A stretch of DNA of 21,808 nt from a virus (taxonomy: Duplodnaviria; Heunggongvirae; Uroviricota; Caudoviricetes), in IMG/VR virus record IMGVR_UViG_2740892234_000019. One strand, given 5' to 3'. Positions 8,779-17,511 of the stretch are shown piece by piece. The notes under the pieces were generated by a model, which searched no databases, was not told the origin of the DNA, and saw only the letters and a list, made by a program, of their open reading frames with translations. The stretch's first letter is position 1, and each line of letters starts with the position of its first letter. Position numbers and translations under genes: made by a program.

Positions 8779-8976
8779 ATGCGGAAATCCGACGTGATTA
8801 ATTATTTCGGCGGAGTTTGTAAAACCGCCGAAGCCCTAGGTATTAAGCATCCGTCTGTTTCAGAGTGGCCTGAGATTATTCCTGAAGGCCGAGCGTACCA
8901 GTTAGAAAAAATTACTAACGGGAAACTGAAAGTTGACGTGTCTTTATATCAAAAGACTAACAGTGCTGCGGCATAA
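8779..8976 (+). CDS. Cro-like small regulator
   Basis: 65-aa ORF with GGGAGA RBS, divergent from the repressor and immediately downstream of the pR-like promoter. Assigned by position and size rather than by motif. Confidence 0.55.
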   Translation: MRKSDVINYFGGVCKTAEALGIKHPSVSEWPEIIPEGRAYQLEKITNGKLKVDVSLYQKTNSAAA

Positions 8977-9003
8977 AAACACCACAGAAATGAGGAATTA
9001 ACC

Positions 9004-9588
9004 GTGGGTAAAGAACCTGAATGGAAAGTTGATAAACAACCAGCATGGCTGGTGGCAGCAATACGAAGAACGATTGCTGATTTACCTCATGGCTATGAGG
9101 AAGCAGCAGAAATTCTTGGTTTGTATAAATCTGATGATATCACCCCAGCAAAAGATCAATTGCATAACAGACTGCGTAGCGGTGGGGATCAAATTTTTCC
9201 ACTTGAGTGGGCCATGGTTTTACAGGATGCCAGTGGTACCAGGCATGTAACAGATGCAATAGCCCGTCGTAGTAATGGGGTGTTTGTGCCGCTGGTGGTC
9301 ATTGATGACATTGACAATGGTGACATTAATCAGCGGCTGATGGAGTCAATAGAATGGATTGGCAAGCATTCCCAGTACTTACGCAAGGCAACTGCTGATG
9401 GAGTTATTGACCAGGCTGAGCGTGAGCAAATCGAAGAGAACAGCTACCAAGTAATGGCGAAGTGGCAGGAGCATTTAACACTGTTATTTCGTGTTTTTTG
9501 TGCACCGGAAAAGAGTAACGCCCGCGAGTGTGCAGCTCCGGGCGTCGTGGCGTCGATTGCTTCTGGTTGTGGAGAAACTAACGCATGA
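9004..9588 (+). CDS. Phage regulatory protein, possibly CII-like (YdaT/CP76-like)
   Basis: 194-aa ORF with GTG start and GAGGAA RBS 5 nt upstream; sits in the cII position after cro. Family assignment is tentative. Confidence 0.45.
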   Translation: MGKEPEWKVDKQPAWLVAAIRRTIADLPHGYEEAAEILGLYKSDDITPAKDQLHNRLRSGGDQIFPLEWAMVLQDASGTRHVTDAIARRSNGVFVPLVVIDDIDNGDINQRLMESIEWIGKHSQYLRKATADGVIDQAEREQIEENSYQVMAKWQEHLTLLFRVFCAPEKSNARECAAPGVVASIASGCGETNA

Positions 9589-9923
9589 ACAGTTTAACAA
9601 CACACTACCGTCGCTCGCAACTGATTGCGCTTCCTGTACCGGGTGGAAAAGCGAAGGTGGAGTATTGCTATGCAGTGAATGTACCAGGTGACAGGGAAAT
9701 TGTAACCCACAGCTTTGCAGAGTGGGCTGTGGGTGATTTCAACCGGCAGAAGGAGACAGTCCTTTGCGACAAGTTAACCGCTGGTTCAAAGATCACTACG
9801 GAGTGCCCGTCAGAGTCATTCGTTGGGAGCCGGAAACACAACGGGTTATCTACCTCCGTGAAGGCTATGAACATGAATGCTTCAGTCCGCTCGAACAGTT
9901 TCGTCGTAAATTCAGGGAAATAG
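9585..9923 (+). CDS. Hypothetical protein (first of an overlapping pair; possible frameshifted gene)
   Basis: ATG overlaps the upstream stop (ATGA). The N-terminal ~60 aa look protein-like; the C-terminal part is Ser-rich and overlaps 9764-9976 in another frame. Confidence 0.3.
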   Translation: MNSLTTHYRRSQLIALPVPGGKAKVEYCYAVNVPGDREIVTHSFAEWAVGDFNRQKETVLCDKLTAGSKITTECPSESFVGSRKHNGLSTSVKAMNMNASVRSNSFVVNSGK

Positions 9924-9976
9924 AGGTCGGTCATGAGCCTGTTAATGACATCCCAGCCCATTGTGATAAATCGTGA
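9764..9976 (+). CDS. Hypothetical small protein
   Basis: TTG start preceded by AGGAGA 7 nt upstream; charged, W-containing, protein-like sequence. Confidence 0.35.
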   Translation: MRQVNRWFKDHYGVPVRVIRWEPETQRVIYLREGYEHECFSPLEQFRRKFREIEVGHEPVNDIPAHCDKS

Positions 9977-10925
9977 TCTTGCATGCCGTATTGGTCTGAA
10001 TGAGGCAATTGTGTTGCAGCAGCTTCATTACTGGCTGAATGAAACGAATTCAGGCACTGAGCATGGCGGAATTCGCTGGGTTTATAACACGACAGAACAG
10101 TGGCTGGAGCAGTTTCCGTTCTGGTCAGAGTCCACTCTGAAACGCACATTTGCAAGCCTGAAATCACTTGGGGTTTTGCGTCGCGAGCAACTCAATAAAT
10201 CGAAGCGTGACATGACCAACTTCTACACGATCAACTATGAAAGTGAGCTTTTAGAAGAGGTCAAAGTGAACGAATCCATCAGGTCAAAATGCACTTCTCC
10301 ATCGGGTCAAAGTGACCTGATGGATGGGCGCAAAATGACACGATCCATTGGTTCAAAACGACACGCTGTCATCGGGTCAAAATGGCCCAATGATCTTACA
10401 GAGAATACAACAGAGATTACTACAGAGAATAAAACCTCTTCTCGTCCGGACGCTTCGCAACCGGACACGCAAACGGCTGAACAGGAGTTTTTAACTCGCC
10501 ATCCTGATGCGGTTGTATTCAGCCCTAAAAAGCGCCAGTGGGGAACGCAGGATGATTTGACCTGCGCACAGTGGCTCTGGAAAAAAATCATCGCCCTGTA
10601 CGAGCAGGCCGCCGAATGTGACGGCGAGGTGGTTCGTCCCAAAGAACCGAACTGGACAGCATGGGCAAACGAAATTCGCCTGATGTGTGTGCAGGATGGT
10701 CGTACTCACAAACAAATCTGCGAGATGTACAGCCGCGTCAGCCGCGATCCGTTCTGGTGCCGTAACGTGCTCAGCCCGTCGAAGTTGCGGGAAAAATGGG
10801 ATGAGCTTTCCCTGCGCTTATCGCCGTCCGTCAGCACGCACACAGAAAAACGTGAAGACCCGTACTTCAAAGCCAGTTACGACAACGTGGACTACAGCCA
10901 GATCCCGGCAGGATTCAGGGGGTGA
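9933..10925 (+). CDS. Phage replication initiation protein, O-like (replisome organizer)
   Basis: 330-aa ORF in the O position with AGAGG RBS. Contains an internal iteron array followed by an AT-rich stretch, the classic lambdoid ori-inside-O arrangement. Confidence 0.65.
   Translation: MSLLMTSQPIVINRDLACRIGLNEAIVLQQLHYWLNETNSGTEHGGIRWVYNTTEQWLEQFPFWSESTLKRTFASLKSLGVLRREQLNKSKRDMTNFYTINYESELLEEVKVNESIRSKCTSPSGQSDLMDGRKMTRSIGSKRHAVIGSKWPNDLTENTTEITTENKTSSRPDASQPDTQTAEQEFLTRHPDAVVFSPKKRQWGTQDDLTCAQWLWKKIIALYEQAAECDGEVVRPKEPNWTAWANEIRLMCVQDGRTHKQICEMYSRVSRDPFWCRNVLSPSKLREKWDELSLRLSPSVSTHTEKREDPYFKASYDNVDYSQIPAGFRG
10257..10386. repeat. Origin-of-replication iterons (five copies of about CATCRGGTCAAARTG)
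   Basis: Direct repeats at about 10257, 10277, 10299, 10347 and 10369, followed by an A-rich segment 10390-10435. Confidence 0.6.
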
Positions 10926-10927
10926 TC

Positions 10928-11020
10928 ATGAGTCTGTTAAATGACGTTCAGAAATTCATTGAAGCCCATCCGGGCTGTACTTCCGGAGACATTGCGGATG
11001 CTTTTTACGTGGGGGCTTAA
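10928..11020 (+). CDS. Small hypothetical protein (30 aa), translationally coupled
   Basis: ATG 10928 with AGGGGG RBS; its stop overlaps the Dam ATG (TAATG). Not in the track because it is shorter than 60 aa. Confidence 0.3.
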   Translation: MSLLNDVQKFIEAHPGCTSGDIADAFYVGA

Positions 11021-11631
11021 TGAGTAATAAATATTGCCAGGCGCTGGTAGAACTGCGGAACAAACCAGCCCATGAACTGAAGGAAGTGGGCGATCAGTGG
11101 CGCACGCCGGACAACATTTTCTGGGGAATTAACACCCTGTTTGGCCCGTTTGTTCTGGATCTGTTCACCGACGGTGATAACGCCAAATGTGCCGCGTATT
11201 ACACGGCGGAAGACAATGCGCTGGCGCATGACTGGTCAGAACGTCTTGCGGAGCTTAAAGGTGCTGCCTTTGGTAATCCCCCATACAGCCGCGCCAGTCA
11301 GCATGAGGGGCAATACATCACCGGCATGCGTTACATCATGAAACATGCCAGTGCCATGCGTGATAAGGGCGGGCGCTATGTTTTCCTGATCAAAGCTGCC
11401 ACCAGCGAAGTGTGGTGGCCGGAAGATGCAGATCATATTGCTTTTATTCGCGGGCGTATTGGTTTTGAAGTGCCTGCCTGGTTTATCCCGAAAGACGAGA
11501 AGCAGGTGCCGACAGGCGCTTTCTTCGCTGGTGCTATTGCTGTTTTCGATAAGACCTGGAAGGGACCGGCAATCAGCTACATCGGGCGCGATGAACTTGA
11601 GGCATGTGGTGAGGCGTTTCTGGCGCAGGTT
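11020..11631 (+). CDS. Phage DNA N6-adenine methyltransferase (Dam family, PF05869-like); 3' end lost in gap
   Basis: Motifs DQWRTPDNIF, LDLFTDGDNAKCAAYYT and catalytic NPPY (AFGNPPYSRA). The ORF runs into the N gap at 11632. Confidence 0.75.
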
Positions 11632-11641
11632 NNNNNNNNNN
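11632..11641. other. Assembly gap (N x10)
   Basis: Run of N. Confidence 0.95.
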
Positions 11642-11921
11642 GGAACTGCGGAATAAACCAGCCCATGAACTGAAGGAAGTGGGAGATCAGTGGCGCACGC
11701 CGGATAACATTTTCTGGGGAATTAACACCCTGTTTGGTCCGTTTGTTCTGGATCTGTTCACTGACGGTGATAACGCCAAATGTGCCGCGTATTACACGGC
11801 GGAAGACAACGCGCTGGCGCATGACTGGTCAGAACGCCTTGCGGAGCTTAAAGGTGCTGCCTTTGGTAATCCTCCATACAGCCGCGCCAGTCAGCATGAG
11901 GGGCAATACATCACCGGCATG
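11642..11921 (+). other. 280-bp island between two gaps: a ~97% identical copy of the Dam 5' region (11050-11329)
   Basis: Aligns by eye to the intact Dam gene with scattered substitutions; probably a small contig from a paralogous prophage. Confidence 0.5.
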
Positions 11922-11931
11922 NNNNNNNNNN
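11922..11931. other. Assembly gap (N x10)
   Basis: Run of N. Confidence 0.95.
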
Positions 11932-11958
11932 GGAAAAACTGGTCAGGGAGATGGCGGC

Positions 11959-12285
11959 ATGACGACATTAACTCAATGCCAGCAGCAGGTGCTGGATATG
12001 CTGATTTCTTATCAGAAAGAGCGTGGCTTTCCGCCAACCAATCAGGAGGTGGCAACCATGCTGGGATACCGTTCAGTGAATGCAGCGGTAGAGCATCTTC
12101 GCGCACTGGAGAAAAAAGGCGTCATCACGATAAAGCGTGGCGTGGCCCGGGGGATAACGCTTCATACCGCGGTGAAGGACGACGACAGCGAGGCGGTCGG
12201 GATTATCCACTCACTGCTTGCCGGTGAGGAAAACGCAAGGCTGCGTGCAACCCACTGGTTACATGAGAGGGGCCTGAAAGTATGA
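11959..12285 (+). CDS. LexA N-terminal DNA-binding-domain homologue lacking the peptidase domain
   Basis: 108 aa from ATG 11959 (GGGAGA RBS 8 nt upstream). Matches the LexA winged-helix pattern: LT.CQQQVLD ... G.PPT ... LGYRS.NAA.EHL.AL.KKGVI.I..G..RGI.L. No S24 Ser/Lys domain follows. Stop overlaps the rusA start. Confidence 0.65.
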   Translation: MTTLTQCQQQVLDMLISYQKERGFPPTNQEVATMLGYRSVNAAVEHLRALEKKGVITIKRGVARGITLHTAVKDDDSEAVGIIHSLLAGEENARLRATHWLHERGLKV

Positions 12286-12677
12286 AGCTGATCCTGCCTT
12301 TTCCGCCCAGCGTGAACACGTACTGGCGACACCCCAACAAAGGGGCGTTTGCTGGTAAGAGCCTGATAAGCGCGGCGGGGCGCAAATTCCAGAGCGCGGC
12401 GTGTGCAGCAATAGTTGAGCAGTTACGTCGTCTGCCAAAACCAACGTCGGCACCTGCATCAGTGGAGATCGTGTTGTTTCCTCCGGATAACCGGATCCGC
12501 GATCTGGACAACTATAACAAGGCGCTGTTTGACGCCCTGACCCACGCGGGTGTGTGGGAAGACGACAGTCAGGTGAAAAGAATGCTGGTGGAGTGGGGAC
12601 CGGTTATCCCGGAAGGGAAGGTCGAGATCACTATCAGTAAGTACGAAAAAGCGAGTTGCAAATTAGCAACTCGGTAA
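12282..12677 (+). CDS. rusA: Holliday junction resolvase RusA
   Basis: 131 aa with the RusA family pattern (PSVNTYWRH ... RIRDLDNYNKALFDALT ... EDDSQV). Confidence 0.85.
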   Translation: MKLILPFPPSVNTYWRHPNKGAFAGKSLISAAGRKFQSAACAAIVEQLRRLPKPTSAPASVEIVLFPPDNRIRDLDNYNKALFDALTHAGVWEDDSQVKRMLVEWGPVIPEGKVEITISKYEKASCKLATR

Positions 12678-12828
12678 CGGAATTGAGCAACACCCTAAAT
12701 TTGGGTATTACCTCGTTAAAGATACTGTATTTATGAACAGTGTATCCTTGATAACTATTAAAAATCGCAGTAAGTTCATCTTGCATCAACGAAAAGGGAG
12801 TGCAGTCCCGAAATTTGTGGAGAAACCA

Positions 12829-13644
12829 ATGAATCAGTTGCTTGTAATTGATGGCGTTTCTGTGCGCCAGTACTTTGAATCTAACTACTGTCTTAACGAC
12901 CTTCAGAAAGCTGCTCTTCTTGCCGCTGGTGAGAATCGCTCCTCCCGTTCGCTGGAAGTTCACGAGTTTATGCGTCGTCCTGAAACGAAGGCTCTTGTGG
13001 AATTACTGGAAGAAGAAACTACGGGAGATTCCCGTAGTATTCCTGTCATCACCATTCAGGGGCGCAATGGTGGGACGTATGTCTGTAAAGAGCTGGTCTA
13101 TGCATATGCAATGTGGATCAGCCCGGCATTCAGCTTAAAAGTGATACGTACTTTTGATGCGCTTCATAATTCATCACCAGAAGAAACCACATCCGACAAA
13201 ATTAAATCCGGGGTCATTCTGCTTGAATCAGCAGCAAAGACTCTAAATCTGTCAAACTCCTCGAAACTTGGTGCATACCAGAAATTATCAAAGGTAGCAG
13301 GTCTTCCTGAACTTATGCCGAGCTATGCCATTGATGCACCTGCTGATGCGCCAGATGGTTCAAGCCGCCCGACACTGTCACTGAGTGCACTGCTGAAACA
13401 GTATGGTATACGCCTGACGGCTAATCAGGCATATCACCAGATGGTGAAACTGGGGATCGTCGAGCAGCGCGAACGATACAGCCGTACCGCGATTAACAAC
13501 ATCAAAAAATTCTGGTCGCTGACAGCGAAAGGTTGCATGTTCGGCAAGAACATCACCAGTCCTGCAAATCCGCGCGAGACGCAGCCGCATTTCTTCGAAT
13601 CCCGATTCCCTGAGCTGTTAAAGCTGCTCGATACCGTTCACTGA
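12829..13644 (+). CDS. KilA-N domain protein (antirepressor-like)
   Basis: ATG 12829 with GGAGAA RBS. N-terminal segment ...GTYVCKELVYAYAMWISPAFSLKVIRTF resembles the KilA-N/APSES fold. AT-rich leader. Confidence 0.55.
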   Translation: MNQLLVIDGVSVRQYFESNYCLNDLQKAALLAAGENRSSRSLEVHEFMRRPETKALVELLEEETTGDSRSIPVITIQGRNGGTYVCKELVYAYAMWISPAFSLKVIRTFDALHNSSPEETTSDKIKSGVILLESAAKTLNLSNSSKLGAYQKLSKVAGLPELMPSYAIDAPADAPDGSSRPTLSLSALLKQYGIRLTANQAYHQMVKLGIVEQRERYSRTAINNIKKFWSLTAKGCMFGKNITSPANPRETQPHFFESRFPELLKLLDTVH

Positions 13645-13659
13645 TGGGAGGCGTGGAGC

Positions 13660-14175
13660 ATGAGAATTACACCACCCCATCTGCAGCCAGTTTTATCCAG
13701 GGTTAAACGTTTTGTTGAACGAATGCCGGAAGGCGCAACACTGACCCAGATATCACAGAAAGTGCAGGCGTACAGTCTACTGAATAAAAGGGATAAGGAG
13801 ATACTCATTGGCATTATCCGCGACAGTGGACTTCTGGTCGTTGCGAATGATGGAAGAACTACAACGTTACATCATCCTAAATTTGGACATCAGGCAGTAA
13901 ATAGTGAAATACCAGTAAAAACAGAGGAACCCGTTGTGATTAAAAAGACCGTTACTCCGGATGAATTACGCAGGCATGCTGAGGAGCTGATCAGGGCTGC
14001 GGAAGAAGCAGAGAAGAAATTTAATGATCGTGCGGAAATTAAAAAGCAACTGGATCCTCTGAAACTGGAAATCCTCCAGGCGTATGGAATGGCAAGTCGT
14101 AAATTTGATGAGTTTGTTGATGCTATGGCGGATATGGGGAAAGCGGTACAGAAACTGAAACAGATTGTGCTGTGA
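13660..14175 (+). CDS. Hypothetical phage protein
   Basis: 171-aa ORF, tightly packed in the operon, with RBS. No recognisable motif. Confidence 0.5.
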   Translation: MRITPPHLQPVLSRVKRFVERMPEGATLTQISQKVQAYSLLNKRDKEILIGIIRDSGLLVVANDGRTTTLHHPKFGHQAVNSEIPVKTEEPVVIKKTVTPDELRRHAEELIRAAEEAEKKFNDRAEIKKQLDPLKLEILQAYGMASRKFDEFVDAMADMGKAVQKLKQIVL

Positions 14176-14184
14176 GGTTCTACG

Positions 14185-15174
14185 TTGAGAGCACTGCTGA
14201 CCCCTGAAATTGCCCCGCGTATGGGGATCGTCTTGTTCAGACCAGGTTCAGAGCTGATGCCCCTGTTTATGCAGGGGCGTGTCCTGCTGGAGCCTGAGCC
14301 GGAACGTTATTCATCTTTTGCCAGTGGTGCCGTTCCGGCAGCATCACAACCGCTGGCGGATGATCCTGCCGTTCGGGCCGTGTTCCGCCATGAGGCGGTG
14401 ATCCGTCGTGCTGGTGGCGTGGAATGTCTTGAAAGCTGGTTACTTCGTGAAAAAGGCTGCCAGTGGCCTCATTCCGACTGGCACAGCGAGAACATGACCA
14501 CAATGCGACACGCTCCGGGCGCAATCCGTCTGTGCTGGCACTGCGATAACCAGCTGCGCGATCAGTTCACGGAACGGCTGGAAGCAATGGCAACGGATAA
14601 CTGTGCCCGCTGGGTGTTGTCTGTTGTGCGTCGGGATCTCGGTTTTGATGATAGTCACGTTGTGACAATGCCGGAACTGTGCTGGTGGCTGATTCGTAAT
14701 GACCTGGCGTATGCCTTACCGGAAAGTGCAGCCCGTAAGGCACTGAGATTACCGAAGCNNNNNNNNNNGTCTGTCACCCGGGAAAGTGACCTTGTGCCTT
14801 CGGTTACTGCCACCAGCATCATCCAGGATAAGGCGAAAAAGGTGCTGGCGCTGAAAGTGGATCCGGAGTCGCCGGAGTCTTTTATGTTACGCCCCAAACG
14901 TCGTCGCTGGGTTAATGAAAAGTACACGCGCTGGGTTAAGACACAGCCTTGCGCGTGTTGTGGTAAGCCAGCCGACGATCCACATCACCTGATTGGCCAT
15001 GGTCAGGGTGGAATGGGTACAAAAGCGCATGACCTTTTTGTGTTGCCTTTGTGCAGAAAACACCATGACGAACTGCATGCGGATACCGTGGCATTTGAAG
15101 AGAAGTATGGTTCCCAACTGGAGCTGATATTTCGTTTTATCGATCGCGCGCTGGCGATTGGTGTGCTGTCCTGA
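14185..15174 (+). CDS. DUF968-like protein with C-terminal HNH/zinc-finger-like motif; contains an assembly gap
   Basis: C-terminal CACCGKPADDPHHLIGHG ... LCRKHHDELH. The frame across the gap at 14759-14768 is not trustworthy; TTG start is uncertain. Confidence 0.5.
   Translation: MRALLTPEIAPRMGIVLFRPGSELMPLFMQGRVLLEPEPERYSSFASGAVPAASQPLADDPAVRAVFRHEAVIRRAGGVECLESWLLREKGCQWPHSDWHSENMTTMRHAPGAIRLCWHCDNQLRDQFTERLEAMATDNCARWVLSVVRRDLGFDDSHVVTMPELCWWLIRNDLAYALPESAARKALRLPKXXXXSVTRESDLVPSVTATSIIQDKAKKVLALKVDPESPESFMLRPKRRRWVNEKYTRWVKTQPCACCGKPADDPHHLIGHGQGGMGTKAHDLFVLPLCRKHHDELHADTVAFEEKYGSQLELIFRFIDRALAIGVLS
14759..14768. other. Assembly gap (N x10)
   Basis: Run of N; no flanking duplicate noticed. 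Confidence 0.95.
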
Positions 15175-15191
15175 TTTTGTGGAGAAAGTTG

Positions 15192-15572
15192 ATGCGTGAT
15201 ATTCAGATGGTTCTTGAACGCTGGGGGGCATGGGCGGCAAGTGGTAACACCGGGGTGGACTATTCTCCGATCGCTGCCGGATTCAAAGGACTTTTACCAT
15301 CTGCCACTAAACCACGTCCGGCCTGCTGCGATGATGACGGACTTATCATTGAAAACTGTCTTGCTCGTCTGAAGCAGAAAAAACCTGAGGAGTATTCGCT
15401 TCTCATTGCTCATTATTTGTTGCGAATATCAAAAAGACAGATAGCCAGGACGAGAAAGAAAAGCGAAAAAGCAATACGAATTGAGATGCAGATAGCCGAA
15501 GGGTTTATTGACGGATGTTTGTCTGTGCTGGGGGTAAGACTGGAGATGGACGACTGGCTGCTAAAAAAGTAA
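15192..15572 (+). CDS. Late-gene antitermination protein Q
   Basis: 126 aa from ATG 15192 (GGAGAA RBS). N-terminus MRDIQMVLERWGAWAA... and CCDDDG motif as recalled for E. coli prophage Q (QuuD-like) antiterminators. Confidence 0.8.
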   Translation: MRDIQMVLERWGAWAASGNTGVDYSPIAAGFKGLLPSATKPRPACCDDDGLIIENCLARLKQKKPEEYSLLIAHYLLRISKRQIARTRKKSEKAIRIEMQIAEGFIDGCLSVLGVRLEMDDWLLKK

Positions 15573-15640
15573 AAAATGATTAGTGCGGTCCGCAAAAAGT
15601 ATGTCAGTATGTTAAGAGTGGTTACTTCGCCACACAGCTT

Positions 15641-15666
15641 AAACCCGCCGCGAGCGGGTTTTTTTA
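15641..15666 (+). terminator. Rho-independent terminator downstream of Q (tR'-like)
   Basis: CCCGC-cgcga-GCGGG hairpin followed by a 7-T run. The late promoter and Q-utilisation site are expected in 15573-15640. Confidence 0.6.
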
Positions 15667-15787
15667 TGGCTGAAATCGGTCCAGTACAGTAAACGTGCTG
15701 GTGGCGGTGAATACCTGTCTTTCAGCTTGCCGGCTTTTTCGACAAGAGTTATTGGTGTGTCACGTTAACCGGAAAAGGGAAAAAGAC

Positions 15788-16285
15788 ATGCTGAAACAGC
15801 AGGATATGACAGAAACCGCCAGAGTGGTGTTTAATGAATTANNNNNNNNNNTCAGTTAATACTGACCCAACTATCAGCGGGGTGAACTGGAAAAGCCACA
15901 TCACCAACTGGTCAGCACATACAGTGAGCTGAACCGGCAGTATACGGAACTGCTGAGTGAATATAAAAATTTGCGGCGGTATTTCGGTGTGACGGTGCAG
16001 GTGCCGTACACCGATGTGTGGACGTATAAACCGGTGCAGTACTATCCAGGGAAACATCCGTGCGAAAAACCGGCAGAAATGCTGCGGCAGATAATCTGCG
16101 CGAGCAGTCGTCCGGGTGACCTGGTGGCGGATTTTTTCATGGGTTCTGGCTCAACCATAAAAGCAGCTATGGCGCTCGGGCGTCGTGCAACTGGTGTTGA
16201 ACTGGAGGCAGAACGTTTTGCGCAGACCGTTAAGGAGATTAGTCACATCCTTACATGCTCAATTGATGACGGGAAGGATGGATAA
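15788..16285 (+). CDS. DNA methyltransferase (beta-class N6A/N4C, PF01555-like); interior lost in gap
   Basis: C-terminal part carries HPCEKP and FFMGSGST (motif I FxGxG) and ends at 16285. An 18-codon N-terminal piece (15788-15841) precedes the gap at 15842-15851. The true gene must be longer than drawn. Confidence 0.55.
15842..15851. other. Assembly gap (N x10)
   Basis: Run of N. Confidence 0.95.
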
Positions 16286-16678
16286 AGATATGGTCAGTTC
16301 AGGCTGTGAAGCAAGTAGACAGATAAGGCTGCAATAAAAACTGACAATAGTAAAATAGCTTTTTCTCAGGTAGTCATGAATACGATCTCTTAAAGCGCCC
16401 GCTGATACCAGCGGGCAATACATACTGGCATTAATGTTAAGTTCAGGGATAATTCATCGTATTTTGTGGTACGACGCTATCAATATTAATAAACAGTATT
16501 TTTCATGTAAAATTTCTGTTTTTTTGATCTGATTCTCGTTTCCTGGGTTATGATGTTGTTGTGAACCATGCTGTTGAATGATAATGTTCGGATATAAAAT
16601 TGTTGCTGATATGTAGCGCAGTGAGCAGGTGGTATTTCTGTTGCTGAGTGTACGGATACAGTGCTTCCCTCCCTCAGC

Positions 16679-16688
16679 GGGGGGGGGG
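16679..16688. repeat. G10 homopolymer tract
   Basis: Ten consecutive G in the AT-rich region; could be a slippage-prone tract or a sequencing artefact. Confidence 0.4.
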
Positions 16689-17511
16689 CAGGTGTGCTGT
16701 GGTTTTAGAGACACCGGAAACGAGAATGATGCGGGTTTGCTGGTGCCGGGATAGAGTCGCCGGAGGTCATGACATAGAGCAAAAAAGGAATGTGCATGCA
16801 AATACACACCTCTTCGGAGAGCTCTTCTTTATATGGATGAGCCTCAAGGTCAATAGTTTATCTGTTATGTATTCATATGTTGTTACTTATATAATCCATA
16901 CGGGCATATCATCAGTACACACATACTATTATGGCATTTTATTTTTGTTTTAACTGAATTCCCGGGGCACTCTTTTTGATTTCTGATAAGGAACCAGAAT
17001 TTTCTGTTAAATGGTGTCACGTTGTAAATGGTTAATGGAAGCAGCTTATTATCCATAATCACACCTGAGTTAACAGGTGTGAGAATACTTCCGGGTGGCA
17101 GGAACACATCTGACTGATACCAGATTATCAACTTTATTTTACACCATACAGTTGAAAACGTTATTCCGCTTGATGGGCATATCACTGTGTCAATAACTAT
17201 CCATTCCATCTTTTAACCTTCTCGGTACACATTGCTTTCGATTGTTTTGCTAAAAATCATAGTCAATAAATCAGTGTAACTCATTGAAAAAGATCGTCTT
17301 CTTTGTCTTCCTGGGGTTTTCTTTTCTAATTTTGTATCACTTTGGTTCAAGTTGTTTCATTTTTTTGTAATACAAATTAGCAGGATGAGCGGGAATATAA
17401 AAAAATCGGATGTTTTTGTAATGGATATTATTTTTTTTGTAAAATAATGTATTTTTATTTAAATTTCTATCAGAAAAGAATTTATTGTTCCTTTATATGG
17501 TGGAAAAGGTC

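Noticed and set aside
10307-10944. ORFs 10307-10642 (-), 10491-10715 (-) and 10687-10944 (+) within the O-like gene
   Set aside because: Overlap the replication gene in other frames; Cys/Arg-rich translations typical of GC-rich out-of-frame reading.
11426-12227. Track ORFs that read through N gaps (11426-11656, 11577-11822, 11679-12227, and the upstream part of 11734-12285)
   Set aside because: Products of translating across N runs and the duplicated Dam fragment; only the portion from ATG 11959 is supported.
16454-16953. ORFs 16454-16807 (-) and 16648-16953 (+) in the AT-rich late region
   Set aside because: Translations are not protein-like, span the G10 tract and lack RBS; treated as non-coding.
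15573-17511. Shiga toxin genes or tRNA genes at the Q to nanS-p slot
   Set aside because: No ORF resembling StxA or StxB and no tRNA-like T-loop or acceptor features seen; the slot holds only a methyltransferase and AT-rich DNA.
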